A DNA stretch of 64,000 nt, taken from an uncultured Phycisphaerales bacterium. GTDB taxonomy: Bacteria; Planctomycetota; Phycisphaerae; Tepidisphaerales; Tepidisphaeraceae. Of this stretch, positions 22,152 to 33,650 are shown one piece after another (position 1 is the stretch's first letter; each line of letters opens with the position of its first letter). The position numbers were made by a program, and so were the translations under genes. The notes beneath the pieces are model-generated. The model saw only the letters and a list, made by a program, of their open reading frames with translations. It made no database searches and was not told where the DNA came from. Where the stretch lies: assembly GCA_963755915.1 (NCBI GenBank), contig CAVWLP010000003.1, positions 832,001 to 896,000 on the forward strand. The letters run 5' to 3'.

Positions 22152-22276
22152 CGGGACAGCTCTGACTTTCCGTGGACGGCAATAATTCAGAGCTGTCCCG
22201 GTTTTTGTGTCTGTCCCGGTTTTTGTGTCCCGTCCGCCCCCCTCCCTAACCCTCCCCCGGAGTACCGGGGGCGGGG
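22152..22276. repeat. Composite repeat: 14-bp inverted repeat, 18-bp tandem duplication and REP-like palindrome copy 2
   Basis: CGGGACAGCTCTGA (22152-22165) / TCAGAGCTGTCCCG (22187-22200); CTGTCCCGGTTTTTGTGT x2 (22193-22228); CCCTCCCTAACCCTCCCCCGG-AGTA-CCGGGGGCGGGG (within 22237-22276). Confidence 0.75.
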
Positions 22277-22380
22277 AAAAAAGGGCGCAGGGCCCCGCCG
22301 TAAGATCGGCGGGCACCCTGCTTTTTCCGGCACATCGCGGGGCATGGTAAAGTGCGTAACGCACTCCAATGGAAACACGC

Positions 22381-23761
22381 ATGGCATCGACTTCCCGGTT
22401 TGACTTGCGCTTGCCGCTGTGGTTCTGCGTTGTCGCAATCCTCGCAGGCAGCGGGTTTGTGTTTGTCAATCCGCCGTTCAAAACTCCCGATGAGTTGGCG
22501 CACTTCGCGCGGGCGTGGTGCGTTTCCCGGGGACAACTCGAAGCACAGTCGCGCGGGGGCACTCTTGGGGGCGATGTCCCTCGCGCATTAGGCCGGCTGG
22601 CGAGCGATTTTCACATGATCTCGTTCGATGGCGCGTCTGCGCATCGGCTCCTGGCCGCCCGCGCCATCCCGCTCGAGCCGCAAAAGACGGAGTTTCACGA
22701 CTTCGCCAACGTCGCGCCTTATCCTTTTTTTCCTTACGTTTCGCAGGCGCTGGGAATTGCCGTGGCGAGATCGTTTTCGGACTCGGTGCTGGTGGTCATG
22801 TACTGGGGGCGCGAATTCAATCTTCTCGCCTACGTTTTACTGGTGTATTTGGCTTTGAGACTTGTGGGCGATGCGCGGGCTCGCCTGGTTCTGGCTCTGA
22901 TCGCGCTGCTGCCGATGTCGCTTTATGAGGCCGCGTCCTTCTCGGCCGACGGATTTACCATCGCGGCCGCGATTCTGACGGCCGCGACCTTTTATCGGAT
23001 CACTTTCCGGCAGGGCGCTGCTACCAGATTCGACGAATGGCTGGTGATTGTGTGCAGCGGGGCGCTGTCGTTGTCGAAACTGGTTTATTGCCCGTTTGTT
23101 CTGCTGGCGATGATGATTCCCGCGGCCCGGTTCGGCGGCAGACGCCGTTATGCGCGGTTCTTCGCGGCAGCCCTGTGCGCAAACGCCGCGGCTCTGGGAA
23201 TTTGGATGTGGCAATTCCACGGCCTCCCGCGGATCAATCCGAATCCCGACATCAACGCGCATCTCCAGATGCAATTTATTCTGGAGCATCCAGCCCGTTG
23301 GATTCCCATACTCATTTCCAGCGCGCACCTTTCGGGCTACGGAATCTTTCAGGGCATTGTGGGCATCTTCGGCTGGTATGAATATCCGCTGCCGCTGCCA
23401 GTGATCGTCGTCAGCTATGTACTGTTGCTCGCGGCGATCGGAATCGAAATGCCAAGGCTGCGACGCGCCGTTGGCGTGTCAATGCTTGTTGTGGTTCTGG
23501 GCGTGCTGGCAATCGCGGCGGGCGACTATCTTGAGTGGACGGCTGTTGGAGAAGGCTCCATCTGGGGGCTGGAAGGACGGTATTTCATTCCGCTGCTGCC
23601 GCTGCTGATTTTCCTTTGCGCCGGCAAATCCGCCGAAACGCGGCCGGGCGATTTTTCTAGTTTCCGCGCTGATCGCGGCGTTCTCGGTGGTCTTTTTTGC
23701 ACAGACGATTTATCCCGGGTTTCCCGGCGGGCGATACAACTATCGTTTTTCGGGACGGTAG
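22381..23761 (+). CDS. DUF2142-like membrane protein (putative GT-C fold), paralogue 1; apparent frameshift ~23630
   Basis: PPFKTPDELAHFARA, YP..PY, SADG, GRYFIP; true C-terminus inferred by alignment with paralogue 2 (TAG 23759-23761). Confidence 0.75.
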
Positions 23762-23901
23762 GCGGGCATTTGTGGATGCGGTGAGGCAAAATGAAGAGGA
23801 CGCGATCTGTTTTGGATTTCCCGTGGAATTGAATTGCGTACGACTTTAAACTCGCCCCAAGCAAATTTATTCGTACACCCTAACCTTAACGCGCAGCAAC
23901 A

Positions 23902-24270
23902 TCAGGAGCCCAGCGGCAGGCGGCGTACACGATGGCGCGCATCCTCGACGACGACAATTGCTCCGTCATTCAGCGCATCAATGGCATCCGTCAATACTGT
24001 TTCAAGTCGCGCGATGACAAACGGTGTGGTCGTATTGTTCAAACGAAAGAGAATCACGCTCACTTTGCTTTCTCCCGACAGGGCTACGATCTCGCCGAAA
24101 TCGAGGTCAAAAGTGAGAATGGTTCGATTTTCGGCGGCGGCCTTGACGAAAATTTTGCCGTTGGGAAGTCTCTGGAGACCTTCATCGCGTAAATGAAGGG
24201 CGTCATGGCCTCGGCTTCTGAGCCATGACACGACGCCGCCGGCGATGCCCATATCAGCAAGAAATTTCAT
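23902..24270 (-). CDS. DUF5615 PIN-like toxin
   Basis: MKFLADM, GHDA, ILTFDLDFGE, RVRRLP. Confidence 0.85.
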   Translation of the reverse strand: MKFLADMGIAGGVVSWLRSRGHDALHLRDEGLQRLPNGKIFVKAAAENRTILTFDLDFGEIVALSGESKVSVILFRLNNTTTPFVIARLETVLTDAIDALNDGAIVVVEDARHRVRRLPLGS

Positions 24271-24273
24271 CGT

Positions 24274-24504
24274 TCAGGCTGAGCGCACTTCCTCGCTAGT
24301 CAGCCACGCGGCGTACTCCAGGGCCTGCTGAATATCCGGCAATTCGAGGTCCGGATAGTCCGCCAGGACCTGGGGGATCGTAGCCCCATGGGCGATCTGC
24401 TTGACGATCACCGAGACGGGGATTCGCATGCCGCGGATGCAAGCCCGGCCGCCAAGGATGGCCGGATCAAAAGTGATTCGATCGAACGTGCTGGCCGCTT
24501 CCAT
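24274..24504 (-). CDS. DUF433 antitoxin
   Basis: RITFDPAILGGRACIRGMRIPV..DYPDL..DIQQALEYAA; directly upstream of the PIN gene. Confidence 0.9.
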   Translation of the reverse strand: MEAASTFDRITFDPAILGGRACIRGMRIPVSVIVKQIAHGATIPQVLADYPDLELPDIQQALEYAAWLTSEEVRSA

Positions 24505-24654
24505 GTTGGTTGATCATTGTACCTGTTGCCTGGGACCACAGTCCATCTGGTCACGATCACAATAGGTCCTAAGGAAGAGGGTTGGGTTGGGAAAACCGGC
24601 GCCATCCCGTTAAAGTAATATTTTCGTTGTGTTAAACACAAACCTTCTAGAGAA

Positions 24655-26594
24655 ATGTGCGATGCCAAAAAGCCGGCGGACAGAAGGACCTTTCTGAAAC
24701 CGGCCCATAAAAAACTTCGTTTCAGTTCCGCTCTGTGGCCGGGTCTCGGGCTGTGTCTGGTGCTGGTCCTCTACAAGGCGATGCTTCTGCGTGACATCGG
24801 CGGGGTGGGATTCGGGTTTTTACTCACCCATCCGGCTCAACTGCAAATTCCGACGTATCAGGACACCGCGTTTGCATTTGCCGTGACGGTGCTGGGCGCG
24901 CTGGCGGTGCTGGCGACAGCACATTGGCCGCGGGTTCAGCGCGGGGTGTGGATTTGCTTCGTGGCGTTTTGCGTGCTGTGCGTTTTTTTTTCGGTTTGCA
25001 GCTATCCGGTTTTTGAATATTTGCGCACGCCGCTGTCGATCAGCCTGATTCGCGCGGGCGGGGATTTGAGCGGAATCAGGACTTCCGTTTCGGGATACGT
25101 TTCGAATTGGGAAATCGCGATGCTCGTATTGGTGCCGGCGGTGTATCTCGTCGGCGTCATCCTGTTCAATCGTTATCTGCCGGTTCGCTCGCCGGTGGTT
25201 TTTTCGATCGTTTTGCTGGCGCTTGGCGGAGCGCTGACGGCGCAGTGGCTCCTGTCGGCGCGGCGAATAGCCAGCGACAAGTGGACGCTCAACGACAGCC
25301 AGACGATCGTGATGAATCCGCAGTGGATCATGCTGTCGTCGAGCTATGACGACGCGACCAACCGGCGATCGGTGAGCCTCTCCAGCGATTTTCCGCCCGA
25401 TTTCATGGGGGATTTCCGGCCGGGGCCGCACCAGGCGCATCATGCGTTTTCCGCGAAGCCGCGAAATGTGATCCTCATCGTGCTGGAATCGACCAGCACG
25501 CGATATCTGGGAATTTATGGAAGTCCCTATGACACGACGCCGGTGCTCGATTCGGAGCGCGGGCATTGCCTGGTCTTCGATAATTTCTACGCGCACGTGG
25601 GACAGACGGCGCTATCGCTGGTGGCGCTGACGACGTCGCGGTATCCGAACTTCCGGTACGCACACTCGCCGATGGCCGATCGCGCGGCGACGGACGACAA
25701 CGACATCGGCCGGATGCTGAAGGGCAACAGCTACCGGACCGGATTTTTCAGCTCCTCCAGCCTGGCATTTCAGTTGCAACGGCAGTTTCTGACGACGCAG
25801 GGGTTTGACCAGGTGGGAGACCCGGACAACTTCGGTGCGCCCAAGCTATTTTCATGGGGCGTGTCGGATTCTTGCATGATGGATCATCTGATTGACTGGA
25901 TTCGGCAGGAGCCGGGCAAACCATTTTACGCGGTGGCGTGGACGATTCAGACGCATGCCCCCTACGCGCTCACGCCGAACAAACCGGTGATTGATTTTCT
26001 GGATCCGCAGGGATCGCAGGAGCGGGCGTCGCTGAACCGGTATCTCAACGCCGAGCGCGAGGCGGACTTTCAGATCGGCCGGCTGTTTGCGGCGCTGCGC
26101 AAAGCGCATCTCGACCGCAGCACGGTGGTGATGATCACCGGCGATCATGGCGAAGCGTTCGGCGATCTGCACGACAGCCATTTCCACGGGCTGAATCTTT
26201 TCGAGGAGGACATCCATGTGCCGCTGATCATGTGGAGCCCGGCGTTGTTCAGCGGGGAATCGCACAGCAAGACGGTCGGGGGGCATATCGACATCGGGCC
26301 GACGGCTCTGGACCTGATGGGGCTGAATATTCCCGCGGCGGTGCAGGGGCGGAGTTTGTTTGATCCAACGCGCGAGCCGCGGGTTTATTTTTTCCAGAAC
26401 AAGTCGTACCTGCTGTTTGGGCTGAGGTCGGAGAATTGGAAATACATCTACAACAGCGTGACGGGGAAAGAGCAGATGTTTGATTTGGAGCACGACCCGC
26501 ACGAGCAGGCGAACGTGGCGGGGCAAAATCCGAATCTGCGCATGAGTTCCGGCAGAGGATCGCGGCGTGGGTGCAGACGCAGACGCGAAGGTGA
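24655..26594 (+). CDS. Membrane-anchored sulfatase / LTA-synthase-like protein (apparent frameshift ~26540)
   Basis: About five N-terminal TM helices; NVILIVLES, QT nucleophile region, THAPY, GDHGE, FDLEHDPHE; shifted frame ends ..RIAAWVQTQTRR-stop. Confidence 0.8.
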
Positions 26595-26671
26595 GCGGTT
26601 TGAGTTTTTGATTGGAGACGAGGGCGCACTTGCTTGCACGAATCGAGCCCATCGAAGTTAATGGGATTCGC

Positions 26672-28052
26672 ATGGCATCGACTCCCCGTTTTGACCGGCG
26701 ACTGCCAATGTGGTTCTGTATCGTCGCGACTTTCGCCGGCGGTGGGTTTGCGTTTGTGAATCCGCCCTTCAATACCCCCGATGAGTTGTCGCACTTCGCG
26801 CGGGCATGGTGCGTTTCTGTCGGTCAGCTCGGAGCTGAGCCGCGCGGGGCAAGTCTTGGCGGCGATATTCCTCGCTCGATCGTGCGGCTTGAGCGCGATT
26901 TTCGGATGATTTCCTTTGACGGCGCGTCGATTCGCCGTCTCGCGGCGGCGCACAATTCCGCTTGAGCCTCAGAAGACGGAGTTTCACGCCTTCGCCAATG
27001 TTGCGCCCTATCCTTTTTTTCCGTACGTTCCGCAGGCATTGGGAATCGGCCTGGCGAGGTTATTCTCTGACTCCGTGCTGGTCGTCATGTTCTGCGGGCG
27101 CGAATGCAATCTTCTCGCGTACGTTTTGATCGTGTGGGTGGCGCTGAAGGTTGTGGTCGAGGCGCGAGCGCGGCTGGTTTTGGCTCTGGTCGCGCTTTTG
27201 CCAATGTCGCTCTATGAGGCGGCCTCTTTGTCCGCCGACGGATTTACCATCGCGACTGCGATTCTCACCGCTGCCGCGTTTTACCGGATTACTTTCCGCC
27301 AAGGCGTTGGGTCCCGGCTGGAACAATGTCTGGTGATTTTTTCCAGTCTGCTCTTGTCGCTATCAAAGCTGGTGTATTGTCCGTTTGTTTTGCTGACATT
27401 GATGATTCCCCCCTCACGCTTCGGCACCGTCCGGCGTTATGCAGGCTTTTTCGCGGCCGCTCTCGGCGCAAACGGCGTGGCTCTGGTTCTTTGGATGTGG
27501 CAATTCCATGGCCTTCCGCGGATTAATTCCGATCCGGCCGTCAACGGGGGTTTGCAGATACGATTTATCCTCCAGCATCCAGGACATTTGGTTCCACTGC
27601 TCATTACTTCGGCGCATGCCTGGTGGTACGGAATCTTTCGAGGGATGGTGGGGATATTTGGGTGGAATGAATATCCGCTGCCGCTGGCGATTATCGTCGT
27701 CAGCTATTTATTGCTGCTGGCAGCCATCGGAATCGAACGACCCCGGTTGCGACGTGCGGTTGGTGTATCCCTGGCTGTGGCCGCCCTCGGTGTGCTGGCG
27801 ATCGGGGCGGGCGACTATATTGAATGGACTCCCGTTGGCGACAGCCGCATCTGGGGAATACAGGGAAGGTATTTCATTCCACTGCTGCCATTGCTTATTT
27901 TCCTTTGTGCGCCTGACAACCGGCCGAAACACGGCCGGGCCATTTTTCTCGTTTCTGCGCTGATCGCGACGTTCTCTGTGATCTTTCTGGCTCAAACGAT
28001 TTATCCCGGTTTTCCTGGCGGGCGGTATTATTATCGATATTCAGGACGGTAA
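26672..28052 (+). CDS. DUF2142-like membrane protein, paralogue 2; apparent frameshift ~26950
   Basis: ORFs 26612-26965 and 26916-28052 together align end to end with 22381-23761. Confidence 0.75.
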
Positions 28053-28057
28053 AACGT

Positions 28058-29116
28058 ATGGACCTGGGCGCAAGTGCATTTCGCCGAATCTTCGCAGTGA
28101 TGGCCGTCACGCTCGGCCTCGTTGTTGCCGCGCTTGCGCAGACGACGACGCGGCCGGCGCACATGCCGCTCACGACGCAGACGGCCGGGGATGTTTCGTT
28201 TGTCGTTCACGATCCTTCCACCATCATTCGCTGCAACAATCAATATTGGATTTATTACACCGCTGATGGCGTTGGGTTTGCGCATTCACCGGATTTGATT
28301 CACTGGGAGCGCGGGACGCCCGATGGGCTGTTTAAGACGCCGGCATGGGTGAAGACGACGGTGCCGAGGAATCGGTGGGGTAATTTCTGGGCGCCGGAGG
28401 TGGCGCGGGTGGGCGAGCGCTACCTGGTTTATTATTCGGTTTCGACATTCGCGAGCAATGTTTCGGCGATTGGGCTGCAGAGCAGTCCCACGCTCGACCC
28501 AAGCCAGGCGAATTACAAATGGACCGACCAGGGAATCGTGGTGCACTCGAAGCGCGGGGACAATTTCAACGCGATTGACCCGGCGGTTTGCTCCGACGCC
28601 GATGGAGGAATGTGGCTCAGCTTCGGGTCGTTCTGGAGCGGGATCAAGTTGGTGCAGCTCGACCCGGCCACGGGGCTGCGCATCTCGCCCGATTCGAAAA
28701 TCTATTCGCTGGCGTGGCATTCGACGATCGAGGCGTCGTACCTTTATCGCCATGGGGGATTTTATTATCTGTTCGTGAACTGGGGACTCTGCTGCAGGGG
28801 GATTTACAGCACGTACAACGTGCGCGTGGGGAGAAGCGAGAAGATCACTGGGCCGTATTTGGACAAGAGCGGAAAAGATATGCTGCACGATGCAGGGTCG
28901 CCGGTGCTTCAGAGTGAGGACAAATTCATCGGGCCGGGGCAGGTGGGGATTTTCACCACGGGGGGACGGGAGTGGATCAGCTTTCATTATGAGTCCGATC
29001 CGATGCGGCGGCCGACGCTGGCGATTCGGCCGCTGGATTGGGATGGGGAGGGTTGGCCGGTGGTGGGGCGGAAGCCGGAGATATCGCAGCTTGCGGCAAG
29101 CACGCGGCCGGGGTAA
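28058..29116 (+). CDS. Secreted GH43 endo-1,5-alpha-L-arabinanase-like glycosidase
   Basis: Signal peptide; VHDPS, WAPEV, NAIDP, SFGSFWSGIK, IEASY, CC motif. Confidence 0.9.
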   Translation: MDLGASAFRRIFAVMAVTLGLVVAALAQTTTRPAHMPLTTQTAGDVSFVVHDPSTIIRCNNQYWIYYTADGVGFAHSPDLIHWERGTPDGLFKTPAWVKTTVPRNRWGNFWAPEVARVGERYLVYYSVSTFASNVSAIGLQSSPTLDPSQANYKWTDQGIVVHSKRGDNFNAIDPAVCSDADGGMWLSFGSFWSGIKLVQLDPATGLRISPDSKIYSLAWHSTIEASYLYRHGGFYYLFVNWGLCCRGIYSTYNVRVGRSEKITGPYLDKSGKDMLHDAGSPVLQSEDKFIGPGQVGIFTTGGREWISFHYESDPMRRPTLAIRPLDWDGEGWPVVGRKPEISQLAASTRPG

Positions 29117-29233
29117 CGGGGGCTCGTTTTAGCGGTGGAATAAGCCACCGCAAACAGGCCATACATTCACCGGCATTTTTCTTCCCGGCGTGCTTGACGA
29201 GCAGGAATCAAAGCGTTCTCTTTCCCGCTTGGC

Positions 29234-29563
29234 ATGCGTATTCCTGGGGACGCCATCATCGCGCCTGAGAAACTGACGCGCTATCTCCTGGCGCCGCGGT
29301 CGAAGAACGATAAGAGCCGGTATCTTGCCCGTGCGAGCTTCTCGCTCAAGAATCCAGAGGAACTTGAGGCGGCGATCCGTGGCCTTGCGGCATCAGTCGA
29401 TGCGGTCGAGGAGGATACCCATCGGTGGGGAACAGATTATACTGTAACGGGTAGTTTGCTCGGACCGGGCGGATCGGCGCTTGCGGTTAAGGTGGTCTGG
29501 ATTCGCCGGGTTGATGGGCAGTTCCACCTGGTAACGCTCACGCCGAGCAAGGAGAAGCGATGA
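29234..29563 (+). CDS. DUF6883-like putative nuclease toxin
   Basis: EKLTRYLL..KSRYL..F, C-terminal VWI..LVTL; ATGA-coupled to a DUF4926-like gene. Confidence 0.65.
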   Translation: MRIPGDAIIAPEKLTRYLLAPRSKNDKSRYLARASFSLKNPEELEAAIRGLAASVDAVEEDTHRWGTDYTVTGSLLGPGGSALAVKVVWIRRVDGQFHLVTLTPSKEKR

Positions 29564-29811
29564 CGAATATCGAGTTGTACAAAGAGATGGCGCTGAAGCG
29601 TGACATTCCGCAGCATCGACTGCGGGCGGGGGATGTGGGGACAGTGGTCGAGCTACTTCCGCACGCGTCTGGCGGTCCGCGGGGCGTGATGCTCGAGATT
29701 TTTAACGCGGTGGGTGAGAGCATCAATGTGGTCACGGTGCCGGAAACGGACGTCGAGCCGCTGCGAGCGGATGAGATTTTTCATGTCCGATCGCTTTCGA
29801 AAGCGGGTTGA
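29560..29811 (+). CDS. DUF4926-like putative antitoxin
   Basis: LKRDIP..LRAGDVGTVVE..LEIFNAVGE. Confidence 0.75.
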   Translation: MTNIELYKEMALKRDIPQHRLRAGDVGTVVELLPHASGGPRGVMLEIFNAVGESINVVTVPETDVEPLRADEIFHVRSLSKAG

Positions 29812-29850
29812 ACCGCGACCAAAATCTCATTTTGGCGTATAACCTTCGGC

Positions 29851-30934
29851 ATGGAAGCGCGAAAGCGAATACTCACCGGCGACACGCCAACCGGGCGGCT
29901 GCATCTTGGCCATTACGTGGGAAGCATCGAAACCCGGCTGGCGCTGCAAAACGAATATGAGTGCTATTTCATCATCGCCAACAAGCATGCGTTCACCACG
30001 CGCGGATAAGCCGGAGGATATTCGGCAATCGGTGATCGATATCGCCACCGATTACCTGGCGGTGGGGATCGATCCGAACAAGAGCACGCTGTTTATTCAG
30101 AGCGAGATACCGGCGATTGATGAGCTGACATTTTTCTTTGCGATGCTGCTGCCGTTTAACCGGGTGATGCGGAACCCGACGCTGAAGGACGAGATTCGGG
30201 ACAAGGGGCTGGGGGATGAATATTCGTTCGGGTTTCCGCTGTATGCAGTGGGGCAGTGTGCGGACATTCTGGCGTTTCGGCCGGCGCTGGTGCCGGTGGG
30301 CGAAGACCAGCTTCCGCACCTGGAGCTTTCGCGCGAGGTGGCGCGGAGGTTTGACCAGATTTACTGCGGCGTGGACCCGCATACGGAAGACAAGGATTAT
30401 GTGGCCCGCGGGGGGATTTTTCCGATTATCGAGCCGAAGCTGGGGAGGGTTAAGCGGCTCGTCGGGACGGGCGGGCCGGGGCCGAGCGGAGAATTGCTGA
30501 AGATGAGCAAATCGCTGAACAATGCGATTTTTCTTTCGGATGATGCGGATACCGTGCAGAAAAAAGTGATGGGGATGTATACCGATCCGAAACGGATTCG
30601 GGCGACCGATCCGGGCACGGTGGAGAACAATCCGCTGTGGATTTTTCATGAGACGTTTAATCCGGATCAGGCGTGGATCGCCGAGCAGCAGGAGGCGTAT
30701 CGCGCGGGGAAGGTGGGGGATGTGGTGATCAAGCGCAAGCTGGTGGAGGTGCTGAATACGCTGATCGAGCCGATACGGACCCGGCGGAAGCAACATGAAT
30801 CGCGGCCGAGCGACGTGATGGACGCGCTGCGATTGGGCGTCCGGCGGGCAAATCAAGTGGCGGAAGAGACGCTGGCGCTGGCGAAGCGTGCGATGAAGCA
30901 GGATTACTTTTCGCGCTCGCTCAAGATTGATTGA
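29851..30934 (+). CDS. trpS: Tryptophanyl-tRNA synthetase (apparent frameshift ~30000)
   Basis: ATG 29851 gives [17 protein letters not shown] (HIGH motif); ORF 29906-30934 has VPVGEDQ and KMSKS. Confidence 0.93.
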
Positions 30935-31425
30935 CTGGCGGGCATGAGAATGTCGAAGCCCCGGCGGCGAGCGCCGGTGGAGTTGGGGTCGAGCATGGCG
31001 CGGCGGGCGCGATAGGCCAGATAGGCGAGGATGGCCTGGCCGGCGACGATGGCGAGGGCGAGGAGGTAATACCACTGATAGACGCTGAAATCGGCCTGGC
31101 GATCGAGAAGGGGCGCCGCCAGCGTGGGGATGATGAAGACGAGGGCGACGGCGGCGATCCAATTGCAGAGGATGCCGCGCAGCCTGGTGAGGAAAAATGA
31201 CAGAATCAGATAAACCGGCGCGGGGGCGGCCCAGATGACGGCAACATAGAGTTGGACGGGAAACGGCGACACATTCCAGTCGGCGGGGAGAAGAATGGCG
31301 CCGCCGGCGAAAATGCTGAGCACGCCCAGGGCCTTGGCCCAGAAAGCAGCCTGGGCAATCCATTGATCGCCGCGCGGGAGGGCGGGGATAGGGCGCAGCC
31401 ACTGAGATTGCTGCGAAGCCGGCAT
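30904..31425 (-). CDS. Hypothetical membrane protein
   Basis: Four hydrophobic helices; overlaps the trpS 3' end by about 30 nt. Confidence 0.6.
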   Translation of the reverse strand: MPASQQSQWLRPIPALPRGDQWIAQAAFWAKALGVLSIFAGGAILLPADWNVSPFPVQLYVAVIWAAPAPVYLILSFFLTRLRGILCNWIAAVALVFIIPTLAAPLLDRQADFSVYQWYYLLALAIVAGQAILAYLAYRARRAMLDPNSTGARRRGFDILMPASQSILSEREK

Positions 31426-31436
31426 AACGATGGGGA

Positions 31437-32192
31437 TTATACTTCACCCTCCGGGCTGGAAGGAGGGGGAATTTGCGGAGGGGGCGGGGCTTGTTGCGGT
31501 TGCGGAGGGGGCGGTGGTGGAGGCGCTTGAGGGGTGGGATTCTGGCCGTAGCCATAGCCATATCCGTAGCCATAGCCTGCCGGGCCCTGGCCGTATCCGG
31601 CGCCGGCCTGTTGTTGCTGCTGCATCCAGTAGTAGGCCTGCTGCATGGCCTGTGCCTGGGCGCTGCCGCTGGATCGCATGGCTTTTACCAAGTTGAGAAT
31701 CGTGATGACGTTGAGGGCGAGGATCGCCAGGAACATGAGGACCGGCAGGAATGTCATGGGATTGGAAAGATTCGAGACAGCGGAGAGGAAATTGGTGAGC
31801 ATGAAGGACCCGAAGAGGCCGGCGATGACAATCGAAGCGATGATCGCGCCGCGGCTCTCGCGGCGGACGAAAATCGCCAGGACAAGCAGAAGCACTCCGA
31901 CGGAAAAGAAGACGACGGAGCTGGCCATGAACATCAGGCGGATGGCGTGCAGCGAGGTATTTCCGATTTCAGGAAGGCTCGACTGCTGCTGGTGCATCAC
32001 CTGTTCCCAGATATCTTCGGGCATGAGGGCGAACGCCCCGACGCAGGTGCCGATGAGCAGGAGGATCGATCCGAGGATGATCTGCCAGATGGCGGCGGCG
32101 CGCCCGGCGGCGTTTGGGCGGGGCATCGACCAGGCGCGGGGATCGAACGCCGGAGGGGAATAAGGTGGAGGTGGAAATGGGTATTGGGTCAA
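31437..32192 (-). CDS. Hypothetical membrane protein with Pro/Gln/Gly-Tyr-rich tails
   Basis: Four TM helices; C-terminal QQQQQ-GYGYGYG-PPPPPP. Confidence 0.7.
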   Translation of the reverse strand: MTQYPFPPPPYSPPAFDPRAWSMPRPNAAGRAAAIWQIILGSILLLIGTCVGAFALMPEDIWEQVMHQQQSSLPEIGNTSLHAIRLMFMASSVVFFSVGVLLLVLAIFVRRESRGAIIASIVIAGLFGSFMLTNFLSAVSNLSNPMTFLPVLMFLAILALNVITILNLVKAMRSSGSAQAQAMQQAYYWMQQQQQAGAGYGQGPAGYGYGYGYGYGQNPTPQAPPPPPPPQPQQAPPPPQIPPPSSPEGEV

Positions 32193-32209
32193 GAAAAGTT
32201 CCTGAGTAT

Positions 32210-32950
32210 TTAATCCAGAATCGTCGCGGGGAAGGGGACCAGCGTCAAGGCGGATTGAATGATGGCGGCGGCCGCCACGGCGGCCGTTTCCACGCGCAGG
32301 ATTGTCGAAGTAAGACGTAGCGGAGCGATGCCCGCTTCACGAAACATGGAGATTTCGGCGGGGGACCAGCCCCCTTCGGGGCCGATGAGGAGCATCAGCG
32401 CGGGCGGCAATCGCTGAACGAGCCGCAAAATCGGATCGGCGTCGTCGGAGGGAGCCAGATACCAGGCGGGAACCTGGGCGGCGGCGACGTGCTGGATGAG
32501 TTTTGGCAAGTCGCAAAGCGGGTCGATCTGCATGACGCCGGTGCGGGCGGATTGTTCGGCGGCCTCTTCGGCGAGGCGCTGCCAGCGATCGGATTTTGAA
32601 TTGCCGCGCGGGAGAACGACGCTGCGCTCGGTGGCGAGGGGAATGAAGATATCGACGCCGAGCTCGCTGAGTTTTTCGATCATCCAGTCGGCACGCGAGC
32701 CTTTGGGGATCGCCGAGGCAATGGTCAATGAGAGGCGTTGCGGAGGCGCGGGGGAGACCCGGTCGATTTCGAGCGTGACGGATGCGGGAGAGGTTGAAGC
32801 AATCGTGCCTGAGCCGCGGGCGCCGGTGCGGTCGAAAACTTCGATCTTTTCACCGGCGGCCAGGCGCAAGACATCGCGCAGGTGGTGGGCCTGGGGGCCG
32901 GCGAGTTCGATCCGCCCCACCGCTGCGTTTGCCACCAGGATTCGGCGCAT
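32210..32950 (-). CDS. rsmE: 16S rRNA m3U1498 methyltransferase RsmE
   Basis: HHLRDVLRL, EKLSELGV, AAEQS, IGPEGGWS, ILRVETA. Confidence 0.92.
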   Translation of the reverse strand: MRRILVANAAVGRIELAGPQAHHLRDVLRLAAGEKIEVFDRTGARGSGTIASTSPASVTLEIDRVSPAPPQRLSLTIASAIPKGSRADWMIEKLSELGVDIFIPLATERSVVLPRGNSKSDRWQRLAEEAAEQSARTGVMQIDPLCDLPKLIQHVAAAQVPAWYLAPSDDADPILRLVQRLPPALMLLIGPEGGWSPAEISMFREAGIAPLRLTSTILRVETAAVAAAAIIQSALTLVPFPATILD

Positions 32951-33110
32951 GCGTGGATTATGGGACGGCGTGCTTGTCCCGGCAACGCCGTTGCGTTGCG
33001 ATTTCACGCAGGTTATGCTGACGCTTGACCTGTCCGAAGTATGCGCAGGGAAGCGCAAATAAAAGCCAGCAATACAAGCTAGCGGGCTTTTGCTTCGAGG
33101 AAGGATTCCT

Positions 33111-33650
33111 ATGTCGCAGGCACCTGCCAGTACGGATGAACTTCTCTCCCAGTTAGCGTCATCGGAAATAGATCGCCTGCTCGCGGAGGCCGAGAGCGGG
33201 GCTGCCGCTAAAGAGGCACCGCCGCCTGTGGCGGAAGCGCCGATCGAAGCACCCGCGCCGGTGGCTGAGCCCCCTGCTGCTGCGCCTCCAGTGGCGGCGG
33301 CGGAAGGATCTGAACGAAGTGCGCTTCTGGAGGCTGCTGGGTTTGAGGCGAATAAGCCCCAAGCCGCTCCCCCACCGCCAGAAGCGCAAAGCGAGCGGTC
33401 GGCGATTCTGGAAGCCGCGGGTTTTGAATCGGTCGAGGAGAGCGTGGCGGCGAGCCCAGCCGCCGCGGAGGTTACGGACGGTGAGGATTCGGATCATGTG
33501 CCGTTCTATCTCAAGCCGCTGGTTTGGATCAATTCGCCGCTGGAATCGTATCCGTCGGTGTTGCGAAAGATGCTGGGAAGCGCGGGGATCGTGACGCTGC
33601 TGAACGCCTTGGCGGTGCTCACGTATGTGTTCTTTTTCCGGAAGCACTGA
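33111..33650 (+). CDS. Hypothetical protein with C-terminal TM anchor and internal repeat
   Basis: DELLSQLA..EIDRLL N-terminus; SERSA(L/I)LEAAGFE twice; C-terminal TM helix. Confidence 0.65.
   Translation: MSQAPASTDELLSQLASSEIDRLLAEAESGAAAKEAPPPVAEAPIEAPAPVAEPPAAAPPVAAAEGSERSALLEAAGFEANKPQAAPPPPEAQSERSAILEAAGFESVEESVAASPAAAEVTDGEDSDHVPFYLKPLVWINSPLESYPSVLRKMLGSAGIVTLLNALAVLTYVFFFRKH

Noticed and set aside
29851-30934. Programmed frameshifting or pseudogenisation of trpS (also ettA, lpxI)
   Set aside because: No slippery heptamer or stimulatory structure is evident, and the same kind of break recurs in many unrelated genes, so assembly error is more parsimonious.
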